Below, piece by piece: positions 1 through 8,186 of a stretch of 64,000 nucleotides of DNA. The notes under the pieces are model-generated. The model was not told the DNA's origin. It ran no database searches and was given only the letters and a program-made list of their open reading frames with translations. The stretch lies in contig JAABTM010000002.1 in the NCBI GenBank assembly GCA_011389855.1, positions 4,960 through 68,959 on the forward strand, written 5' to 3'. The translations under genes and the position numbers were made by a program. How positions within the stretch are numbered: position 1 is the stretch's first letter; each line of letters begins with the position of its first letter. This DNA comes from Desulfobacteraceae bacterium. Its GTDB lineage: Bacteria; Desulfobacterota; Desulfobacteria; Desulfobacterales; JAABSP01.

Positions 1-1
1 G

Positions 2-1981
2 CGCCGCCGTCCCTCCGGAAAGGAGATCGAGGTCCGGCGCAAGGCCGTCGCGGCCATGGAAACCGCCCTCCAGGAACGGGCCGAACAGGTCGGCAGGCGG
101 CAGCGGGAGCTGACCCGCCAGCTCATGCGGGTCCACGAGTGGACGGAATTCCCCGGCGGCGATCCGGCCCGGGGGGAAGCGCCGCCCCTGGATTCCGCCG
201 AAGACCTCGGAGAGAAAGACCGGGCCGTCATGGCGCTTTTGGAAAAGCGGGCCGAGATCCTCTTCGAAAAGATCAAGACCAACGCCTATCAGGAGGACGG
301 GGTCTTTCAGCGGGATCGGTTGTCCGCCGACATGATCGACCTGGTGGAGACGGTGGCCCGCATCTACTATCCCGACTCGAAAAGGCCGTTGCTGGAAACC
401 AGCGTGGAGAGCCTGCTCCGGGCCGTCAACCGGATTTCCCTTCAACTCCTGCTCCTTCTGGAGGGGCTTCCCCTCGACATCAAATCCTACAACCTCCAGA
501 CCACCTACGAGACCGTCCGGAAAGGCGTCCGTGCCTATGGGGTTTACAAAACCGCCGCCCCCTATTTTTCCTATGCCCGGCCGTTTTATTACCTGAGCCG
601 CTATGCCGTGGGCGCCGCGCCGATGGTTCTGGGGGCCGGATGGGCCGTGAGCGAGCTGTTCAAGAGAAGCGCCCTGCGGTTTTCTTCCAACATGGCCCAT
701 CGATACGCCCTCGGTCTGCTGCGGGACATGGTCCTGATCGTCGGCGGGGAAGCCGCGGGCGTCTTCGGAGGCGATTACCGCCTCCGCGACCCTAACTGGA
801 TCTACGGGGCCGAACTGACGGATCTCATGGCGGCGGCGGATCCGTCGCCCGGTCTTCTCCGGCCCGCCCTGGACGAGATCGGCGGTCTTGCCCTGAAAAG
901 CGAATACGACCGGATTTTTCTCTATCGCTGCATGGCCGCCGGCGCAGGCGTCAAACTGGAGCAGTTCGCCGATCCGACGCCGCTGGCCCTCGGTCAGCGG
1001 GAGGCCGTGGCCAGACGGCTGGAGCGGTTCCACCGCCGTCATATCCGGGGCGGGGCGGGGGATCTGTCGGCGTGGAAAGACGCCGCCGAGGCGCGTCTGG
1101 GGATCAAAATCCGGTTGGCGGAAAAGGGGGAGGCGGTCTCGACCCTGGAAAACACCGTAAGCGGGGTGTTCTCCCTGGCCGGTTTTCTTTCGGAGGTCAA
1201 AGAATGCGACCCGGAAAAATGGCCGGCGGCGCTCGACGGAACCCGTCTGTTTCGATCCGTGGATCCGGCCGAACGCGCCGGCCTTCTGGAGGATCTGACG
1301 GCATCGCCCCCCATGATCTTCGAATATCCGGATATCGACGCCGGGAATCGGCGGGCGGATGATTATCTGGCCGACCTGGCCTTCCTGGCGGCCCGGGTCG
1401 CTCCGCGAAGCGACGAGAGCGACGAGGCGGTTCTTTCCGCGGCCCGTTATTTCCGGAAAAAGAACCTCGATGGGGTCCGAAAGCGGTTGGATCGGGAATA
1501 TGTCGATTTTCTGGCGGCGTCCCTGGACGAGGCGTCGCCGGAAAAACGGGTTCATCCCCGGGCGGCCCGTTCCCTCCTCTACCTTTTAATAGAAGGTGAA
1601 TCCCCGCGGTGTCTTTATAAATCGATCACCCTCCGGCTGGAGGATGGACGGGGCGAGGCGTTGCCCTTTCCCCCCTACGCCGAGCCCTGGCTCCTGGGGA
1701 CGGACCGGCGGCTGGTGCTGGCGGCGGTCAACCGGAAATTCCAGGGCCCTCCGATTCTTGTCTGGACCGGAGGGCCCGGCGAGGGCGGGGCCGACGCCGC
1801 GGCGGTGTCCCGGGAAACCGGGCGGTTTCGGACCGGCCGGCGGATTACCGGCGGAACCTGGCATTGGGACCGGGTTCCGGCGACGGGAGAGTCCCCCGCC
1901 ATCGTCGTTTCGGGGCCTGCCGTGGGGCGTTCGGAACGGTATTTTCGCCCCCTTCACGACCGGGTCGGCGGGTTCGCCTGA
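2..1981 (+). CDS. hypothetical protein (at least 641 aa), probably 5'-truncated by the window edge
   Basis: Track ORF 56..1981. The frame stays open from nt 2 to the first ATG at 56, and no Shine-Dalgarno precedes that ATG, so the gene probably starts upstream of the window. Charged helical N-part (ALQERAEQVGRRQRELTRQL) and one hydrophobic patch (AVGAAPMVLGAGWAV). No family motif recognised by eye. Confidence 0.55.
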   Translation, partial: RRRPSGKEIEVRRKAVAAMETALQERAEQVGRRQRELTRQLMRVHEWTEFPGGDPARGEAPPLDSAEDLGEKDRAVMALLEKRAEILFEKIKTNAYQEDGVFQRDRLSADMIDLVETVARIYYPDSKRPLLETSVESLLRAVNRISLQLLLLLEGLPLDIKSYNLQTTYETVRKGVRAYGVYKTAAPYFSYARPFYYLSRYAVGAAPMVLGAGWAVSELFKRSALRFSSNMAHRYALGLLRDMVLIVGGEAAGVFGGDYRLRDPNWIYGAELTDLMAAADPSPGLLRPALDEIGGLALKSEYDRIFLYRCMAAGAGVKLEQFADPTPLALGQREAVARRLERFHRRHIRGGAGDLSAWKDAAEARLGIKIRLAEKGEAVSTLENTVSGVFSLAGFLSEVKECDPEKWPAALDGTRLFRSVDPAERAGLLEDLTASPPMIFEYPDIDAGNRRADDYLADLAFLAARVAPRSDESDEAVLSAARYFRKKNLDGVRKRLDREYVDFLAASLDEASPEKRVHPRAARSLLYLLIEGESPRCLYKSITLRLEDGRGEALPFPPYAEPWLLGTDRRLVLAAVNRKFQGPPILVWTGGPGEGGADAAAVSRETGRFRTGRRITGGTWHWDRVPATGESPAIVVSGPAVGRSERYFRPLHDRVGGFA

Positions 1982-2248
1982 GCCGGGCCGCGGCCGAATG
2001 GAAAACCGCCTTCAGCCGAACCGACTGGACGGTCCAGGCCAGCTTGTGGAAGGCGATTCCGCCCTTCAGGCGGCAGGCCGTCGACGATTTTCCGTGTTTT
2101 CCGATAGGCGTGTTTCAGAGACATGGGAAAGAAAACAGGAAAAAGTTACAGAAAAGGTTTGACTTAGCGTCCACAATCCCATATGCAACAAAAAGGCAAT
2201 AAAATCAAGGCAATCATTTTAGAAAGGAGGGGTTAAAAGCTACCGTTT

Positions 2249-3715
2249 ATGAGCAGCAAGATACTGATCAATGCCGTGGATCCAGAGGAAATCCGAATCG
2301 CCAAAGTCCTGGACGGCAAACTGGAGGAGTTCCACATCGAAAGCGCTTCCAGGGAAATCACCCACGGAAACATCTACAAAGGCATCATATCCCGGGTCGA
2401 GCCGGGGCTTCAGTCCGTCTTTGTGGACTACGGCGCCGACCGGAACGGATTTCTCCAAAAGCAGGAGATCCACAGCGACTACTACCAGGACAATCATTCC
2501 GGCGACAAATCCATCAAGAGCATCGTCCGAAAAGGCCAGGAACTCCTGGTCCAGGTCACCAAAGACCCCATCATGAAAAAAGGGGCCATGCTCACCACCT
2601 TCATCTCCCTGCCGGGCCGCTGCATCGTGCTCATGCCGGGCTCCAAGAGCAAGGGCATCTCCCGGAAGATCGAGGACGACGAGGAGCGGAAGCGGCTCAA
2701 GGAGATCGTCGAAAAACTCAAGCTTCCCGAAGGCTTCGGTCTTATCGTCCGGACGGCCGGCGTCGGCGCCACCAAGGCGATGCTCGAAAAAGACCTGCGC
2801 TATCTTATGCGGCTGTGGAAAAACATCAACGCCAAAGGGGTCAAGGAAGAGGCGCCGTCGCTTCTCTACAAGGAACGGAGTTTGGTGCTCAGGTCCATCC
2901 GGGACTATCTGACCACCGAAATCAACGAGGTCCTTATCGACGACGGCAACGTCCATAACGAAGTCAAAGAGTTCATGAAGCTCATCTCCCCGAAGCAGTC
3001 CCGCATCGTCAAGCTCTACAAGGCGCCCAAGCCCATCTTCACCAAATACCAGCTCGAAGAGCAGATCGCCTCCATCTACGAAAAGCGGGTGCCGCTCAAA
3101 TCGGGCGGTTCCATCGTCATCGACCAGACCGAGGCCCTGGTGGCCATCGACGTCAACTCCGGAAAGGCCATCCACAACAAATCCATCGAACAGACCGCCT
3201 ACCTGGCCAATATCGAGGCGGCCGAGGAGATCGCGCGTCAACTGCGGCTCCGGGACCTGGGGGGATTGATCGTCATCGACTTCATCGACATGAAGGACAA
3301 CAAACACAAGCTGGAGGTGGAAAAGGCCCTCCGAAACGGCGTCAAGATGGACAAGGCCCGCACCAAGGTGGGCCGCATCAGCAAATTCGGTCTGGTTGAA
3401 ATGTCCCGCCAGCGGATCCGGCCGTCCATCGAATTCGGCGCGTATCTCCCCTGCGACCACTGCCAGGGCAAGGGGCTGATCCCGTCCACGGAGACCCTGG
3501 GGCTCGGTTTTCTCCGGAAGCTGCAACTGGAAACCCTCAAGGACGGGGTCAAGACCGTTCGGGCGTCCTTCCATTCCGAGGTCGCCGATTACCTGCTCAA
3601 CAACAAGCGGAAGGAGATCCTGGAACTGGAAAGCCGCCGGGACCTGTGCATCCGCATCCAGGGCGACGCTGACAAGCTGCCCAAACAAAGCGAGATCGTG
3701 TGCGAGTCCGAATAG
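2249..3715 (+). CDS. rng: ribonuclease G (RNase E/G family)
   Basis: S1-like N-terminus (HGNIYKGIISRVEPGLQSVFVDYG), catalytic-core motifs (VAIDVNSGK, LGGLIVIDFIDM) and a CDHCQGKG zinc-link. The 488-aa size fits RNase G rather than RNase E. SD gaaaggagggg lies upstream of the ATG. Confidence 0.9.
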   Translation: MSSKILINAVDPEEIRIAKVLDGKLEEFHIESASREITHGNIYKGIISRVEPGLQSVFVDYGADRNGFLQKQEIHSDYYQDNHSGDKSIKSIVRKGQELLVQVTKDPIMKKGAMLTTFISLPGRCIVLMPGSKSKGISRKIEDDEERKRLKEIVEKLKLPEGFGLIVRTAGVGATKAMLEKDLRYLMRLWKNINAKGVKEEAPSLLYKERSLVLRSIRDYLTTEINEVLIDDGNVHNEVKEFMKLISPKQSRIVKLYKAPKPIFTKYQLEEQIASIYEKRVPLKSGGSIVIDQTEALVAIDVNSGKAIHNKSIEQTAYLANIEAAEEIARQLRLRDLGGLIVIDFIDMKDNKHKLEVEKALRNGVKMDKARTKVGRISKFGLVEMSRQRIRPSIEFGAYLPCDHCQGKGLIPSTETLGLGFLRKLQLETLKDGVKTVRASFHSEVADYLLNNKRKEILELESRRDLCIRIQGDADKLPKQSEIVCESE

Positions 3716-3836
3716 CCCGGTCCTTTGGATGCCGGCCACATCAAGAAATATTTGACGCGGCCGGAGAATTGCAGTATACCGACGTTTTTAACATTGAGTT
3801 GAGATATACGGAAAAGAATTAAAAGGAGGCGTTATT

Positions 3837-4190
3837 TTGTTCAATATCGCGTACGCAATGGGTCAGGGCGGCGCGCCGTCCGGACAGGGCGGCGGCCTGG
3901 GGGCCTTTGTCCCCCTAATTTTGATGTTTGTGATCTTCTATTTTCTTTTGATCCGCCCCCAGCAGAAAAAGGCCAAGGAACACCAGGAGATGATCAACAA
4001 CCTTAAAAAAGGCGACCGGGTGGTCACCGGCGGCGGCATCCAAGGCCAGGTCATATCCACCGACCAGGCCACCGTTGTGGTTGAGATCGCCGACAAAGTC
4101 CGGGTCAAGGTCAATCGGCCCAGCATCGCCGGGCTGATCCAGTCGTCAGGCGGCGGCGCGAACAGGGAAGAGGCCGACAAAGGCAAATAG
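3837..4190 (+). CDS. yajC: preprotein translocase subunit YajC
   Basis: Single TM segment followed by LIRPQQKKAKEHQEMINNLKKGDRVVTGGGIQGQV, which is the YajC signature. TTG start 7 nt after AGGAGG; an alternative ATG is at 3858. Located directly upstream of secDF. Confidence 0.85.
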   Translation: MFNIAYAMGQGGAPSGQGGGLGAFVPLILMFVIFYFLLIRPQQKKAKEHQEMINNLKKGDRVVTGGGIQGQVISTDQATVVVEIADKVRVKVNRPSIAGLIQSSGGGANREEADKGK

Positions 4191-4214
4191 CGTCTCCGGG
4201 CGAAAGCCCCAAGG

Positions 4215-4248
4215 GGAGGCGGGGCCTTTTTACCCCTCCTCCTTTTTT
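4215..4248 (+). terminator. putative rho-independent terminator/attenuator between yajC and secD
   Basis: ggaggcgggg (4215-4224) pairs with cccctcctcc (4233-4242) at 9 of 10 positions. The loop is ccttttta and a TTTTTT run follows (4243-4248). Confidence 0.5.
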
Positions 4249-4282
4249 ATGGGGTTTTATGTAGAGAGAAAGTGAGGACATC

Positions 4283-5860
4283 TTGAGGAATCTTTCATGG
4301 AGATTGGTTCTGGTGCTGGGCGTGATCGCCGCCGCCGTGGTCTATATCCTGCCGACCTTCTCGCCGGGCATGTGGCCCCATAAAAAAATCAATCTCGGTC
4401 TCGACTTGCAGGGCGGCATGCACCTGGTGCTGGAGGTGGATACGGAAAAGGCCGTGGAAAGCACCATGGACCGGATACAGGAAGAGATGCGGAACCTGAT
4501 GCGTCAGGCCCAGATCCGGTACACCACCCTTGAACGGATTCCGGGAAACAAAATCGCCGTGGCCGTGTCGGGTCAGAGGGAGATCGGGGAATTCCAGCGG
4601 ATCCTGGATGAAGAGTTTCCGGGACTCCGGGCCGCCTCCCGGTCGGCGACGGGCGACAGGCTCGAAATGACCCTGGACCTTCCCGAGCGGGAAAAGACCG
4701 ACATCAAACAGATGGCGGTGTCCCAGGCCCTGGAGACCATCCGGAACCGGATCGACCAGTTCGGCGTCAGCGAACCCGACATCATGCGCCAGGGCGAAGA
4801 ACGGATCCTCATCCAGCTGCCGGGCGTCGAGGACACCCAGCGGGCCAAATCCCTCATCGGAAAGACGGCCCAACTGGAGTTCAAGCTCCTGGACGAGACC
4901 GGCGACGTAACCGCGGCCGAGCGGGGGCAGGTCCCGCCGGGGAGCGAGTTGCTCTACCAGGTCCGCGCCGACGCCGAGACCAACAGGACGGTCAAGACCC
5001 CCTATCTTGTCCGGAAGCGGTCGCTGCTCACCGGCGCCTACCTCACCGACGCCCGGGTCCAGATCGATTCCCAGTACAACGAGCCTTATGTCTCCATCAA
5101 TTTCGACCGGAAGGGCGGCCGCATCTTCGAGCGGATCACCGGCGAGAACGTCAAGAAACGCCTGGCCATCGTCCTGGACGACCGCGTCTATTCGGCGCCG
5201 GTCATCCAGGAGCGGATATCCGGCGGCGAAGCCCGCATCACCGGCAATTTCACCACCGAAGAGGCCCGGGATCTGGCTATCGTCCTCCGGGCCGGCGCCC
5301 TGCCGGCGCCGGTGAACATCCTGGAAGAGCGGACCGTGGGACCCTCCCTGGGCCACGACTCCATCAGCAAGGGGCTCACCTCCATGGCGGTGGGCGGCCT
5401 GCTGGTGGTGCTGTTCATGCTGGTCTATTACAAGGCGTCGGGGCTTATCGCCGACCTGGCCCTGGCCCTCAACATCCTGCTCATCGCCGGCGGCCTGGCC
5501 GGTTTCGGGGCCACCCTGACGCTGCCGGGCATCGCGGGGATCATCCTCACCATCGGCATGGCGGTGGACGCCAACGTGCTTATCTTCGAACGGATACGGG
5601 AAGAGCTTCACGTGGGCAAGACTCCCTATGCCGCCGTCAGCGCGGGATTCGACCGGGCCACCCTGACCATTCTGGACGCCAACGTCACCACCCTTATCGC
5701 GGCCCTGGTCCTGTTCCAGTTCGGCACCGGCCCCGTGAAAGGCTTCGCGGTGACCCTGAGTCTCGGCGTGCTGTCCAGTCTGTTCACCGCCCTGATCGTG
5801 AGCCGATCGATCTTCGACTACCTGCTGGTCAAGCGGCGGATAAAGACGCTCAGCATCTGA
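4283..5860 (+). CDS. secD: protein translocase subunit SecD
   Basis: N-terminal TM, a large periplasmic domain (LGLDLQGGMHLVLEVD) and a C-terminal 5-TM bundle (LTLPGIAGIILTIGMAVDANVLIFERIREE). TTG start with GAGG upstream. Confidence 0.9.
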   Translation: MRNLSWRLVLVLGVIAAAVVYILPTFSPGMWPHKKINLGLDLQGGMHLVLEVDTEKAVESTMDRIQEEMRNLMRQAQIRYTTLERIPGNKIAVAVSGQREIGEFQRILDEEFPGLRAASRSATGDRLEMTLDLPEREKTDIKQMAVSQALETIRNRIDQFGVSEPDIMRQGEERILIQLPGVEDTQRAKSLIGKTAQLEFKLLDETGDVTAAERGQVPPGSELLYQVRADAETNRTVKTPYLVRKRSLLTGAYLTDARVQIDSQYNEPYVSINFDRKGGRIFERITGENVKKRLAIVLDDRVYSAPVIQERISGGEARITGNFTTEEARDLAIVLRAGALPAPVNILEERTVGPSLGHDSISKGLTSMAVGGLLVVLFMLVYYKASGLIADLALALNILLIAGGLAGFGATLTLPGIAGIILTIGMAVDANVLIFERIREELHVGKTPYAAVSAGFDRATLTILDANVTTLIAALVLFQFGTGPVKGFAVTLSLGVLSSLFTALIVSRSIFDYLLVKRRIKTLSI

Positions 5861-5893
5861 TTCAATCAACTCTATAAGATATAAGGACCCTCC

Positions 5894-6925
5894 ATGCAGT
5901 TTATCAAACCCGGCATCAACATCGATTTCATCGGCAAGAAGCGATATGCCTTCATCCTGTCCGCGGTGCTGCTCATCGTCAGCCTGGGGTTCACCCTCCG
6001 CGGGCTCAACTTCGGCATCGATTTCGCCGGCGGCACCATTATCCAGGTGAAGTTCGACGCCGCCACGCCGGTGGACAGCATCCGGGAGGGATTGAAAACC
6101 GTCGGCATGGGCGGGGCTACGGTTCAGCTCTTCGGCGACCCGGAAGCCAACGAATACCTGATCCGGAGCGAGGCTTCGGCCGCGGAGGAAGGGGAGATCT
6201 CGAAACGGGTCGAGATCGCCCTGACCGAATCCACCGGCTCGACGCCGGAAATCCGGCGGGTGGAGATGGTCGGACCCCAGGTGGGCAAGGACCTTAGGGA
6301 AAAGGCCCTGTTCGCCATGTTCTACGCCCTGCTGTTCATCACCATTTATATCTCGGGCCGGTTCGAACTCCAGTGGTTCAAAAGCGGCGCCATGGCCCTC
6401 TGCCTCATCCTGGCGGTATGGCTACTCTCCCGGTTCGTGAGCATCCCCTGGCTCATCGTGACGGCCCTGATCGTGACGCTGATTCTCTTCTGGGTCCTTC
6501 AACTCCGGTACGCCATGGGCGCCATCGTGGCCCTGGTCCACGACGTGAGCATCACCGTGGGCATCTTCGCCCTGTTCGGAAAGGAGTTCTCCCTTCCCAT
6601 CGTGGCGGCCCTGCTGACCATCATCGGATACTCCCTCAACGACACCATCATCGTCTTCGACCGGATTCGGGAGAACCTTCGAAAATACTATAAAAATCCC
6701 ATGAAGGTCACCATCAACAAGAGCATCAACGAGACGCTGAACCGGACCATCCTCACCTCCACGACCACCCTGGTGGTGGTGGTGACGCTCTTCGTCATGG
6801 GCGGCAACATCATCCACGACTTCGCCTTTGCCCTCATCGTGGGGGTGGCGGTGGGCACCTACTCGTCGATCTATGTGGCGAGCCCCATCCTGCTGGCCTG
6901 GCAGGAATTGAGCCGGAAACGGTAG
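5894..6925 (+). CDS. secF: protein translocase subunit SecF
   Basis: FIGKKRYAFILSAVLLIVSL, GIDFAGGT and YSLNDTIIVFDRIREN motifs. Immediately follows secD. Confidence 0.9.
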   Translation: MQFIKPGINIDFIGKKRYAFILSAVLLIVSLGFTLRGLNFGIDFAGGTIIQVKFDAATPVDSIREGLKTVGMGGATVQLFGDPEANEYLIRSEASAAEEGEISKRVEIALTESTGSTPEIRRVEMVGPQVGKDLREKALFAMFYALLFITIYISGRFELQWFKSGAMALCLILAVWLLSRFVSIPWLIVTALIVTLILFWVLQLRYAMGAIVALVHDVSITVGIFALFGKEFSLPIVAALLTIIGYSLNDTIIVFDRIRENLRKYYKNPMKVTINKSINETLNRTILTSTTTLVVVVTLFVMGGNIIHDFAFALIVGVAVGTYSSIYVASPILLAWQELSRKR

Positions 6926-6936
6926 GTGTTGGGGAG

Positions 6937-8067
6937 TTGCAACCCGCAACCCGCCAACTCGAACCCTGGCTGACCCTCAAAAGCGTGCCCGGGGTCGGCA
7001 ATCTCATCTGCAAGCGGCTCCTGGACCGGTTTGGAAAGCCGGAAAAGATTTTCGGGGCGACCGATGAAGACCTGCTGACGGTGGAGGGCGTGACGCCCCG
7101 GTTGACGGCGGCCATCCGGTCCCATCGCCTGCCGGACCGGCTCCGGGAGGAAGCGGACCAGGTAGAGGCGCTCGGCTACCGCATCGTTCCCTACACCGAC
7201 GCCGACTATCCGCCCCTGCTGCGCCAGATCCCGGATCCGCCCCCCTATCTCTATGTCCACGGCATCCTCTCCCCTTCCATCAAAAACATCGCCCTGGTGG
7301 GATCGCGCAACGCCACCCGATACGGGATCATGGCCACCAAGCGGCTGGCGTCGGATCTGGCGGGGCTGGACATCACGGTGGTCAGCGGCATGGCCCGGGG
7401 CGTGGACACGGCGGCCCACATCGGCGCCCTGTCCGGGGGCGGACGGACGATGGCGGTTTTGGGAAGCGGATTGGATCGGATCTATCCATCCGAAAACACG
7501 AGGCTTTTTCACCGGATCGCCGAAAACGGCGCGGTATTTTCGGAATTTCCCCTTGCGTCGGCGCCGGAGCCGCACCATTTTCCCATTCGGAACCGGATCA
7601 TCAGCGGCATGAGCCTGGGGGTGGTCATCGTGGAGGCCACCAAGCGCAGCGGCTCCCTGATCACCGCCCGACTGGCCCTGGAACAGAACCGGGAGGTGTT
7701 CGCCGTGCCGGGCAACATCCATTCCCATAAAAGCGCCGGCACGAACAGTCTGATCAAACAGGGCGCCAAACTGGTGGAGGGCGCCCAGGACATTCTGGAG
7801 GAACTCTCCCATGTGATCACCGTCCACAAGGCCGGGTCGCGGGGAGAAAAAGGGCCGGTTCCGGCCCACCTGCCGCCCCTGTCGGAGGATGAACAGCAGG
7901 TGTTCGCGGTCCTGGGACCGGACCCCGTCCATATCGACGATCTTGTGCGGCGGCTCTCCATGCCGCCGGGACGGCTGTCGTCCATCCTGCTGCAACTGGA
8001 ACTCAAAGGTGTGGCGCAGCAATCCCCCGGCAAGCTGTTTTCCACCGACATCCGAAACATTGTCTAG
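6937..8067 (+). CDS. dprA: DNA processing protein DprA (Smf)
   Basis: SAM/HhH-like N-terminus (LKSVPGVGNLICKRLLDRFG), Rossmann core (ALVGSRNATRYG, VVSGMARGVDTAAH, GSLITARLALEQNREVFAVPG) and a C-terminal winged-helix-like tail. Classical dprA-topA pairing. Confidence 0.9.
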   Translation: MQPATRQLEPWLTLKSVPGVGNLICKRLLDRFGKPEKIFGATDEDLLTVEGVTPRLTAAIRSHRLPDRLREEADQVEALGYRIVPYTDADYPPLLRQIPDPPPYLYVHGILSPSIKNIALVGSRNATRYGIMATKRLASDLAGLDITVVSGMARGVDTAAHIGALSGGGRTMAVLGSGLDRIYPSENTRLFHRIAENGAVFSEFPLASAPEPHHFPIRNRIISGMSLGVVIVEATKRSGSLITARLALEQNREVFAVPGNIHSHKSAGTNSLIKQGAKLVEGAQDILEELSHVITVHKAGSRGEKGPVPAHLPPLSEDEQQVFAVLGPDPVHIDDLVRRLSMPPGRLSSILLQLELKGVAQQSPGKLFSTDIRNIV

Positions 8068-8076
8068 TAAGAGAGA

Positions 8077-8168
8077 GGACAGATGGCAGAAGACAGAGGA
8101 CGGATGACAGAAAAGCAAAGCGAGCGTAAAGCGGCCTGTCCTCCGCTCTCTGTCCTCTGTCCTCTGAC
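8077..8168. repeat. inverted arrays of a degenerate 7-nt repeat (GGACAGA / its complement CTGTCCT) in the dprA-topA spacer
   Basis: Left arm 8077-8111: ggacaga tggcaga agacaga ggacgga tgacaga. Right arm 8136-8168: ctgtcct ccgctct ctgtcct ctgtcct ctgac. The arms are roughly reverse-complementary around a spacer of about 24 nt. Confidence 0.8.
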
Positions 8169-8186
8169 ATTTACAGAGGTACCGTT

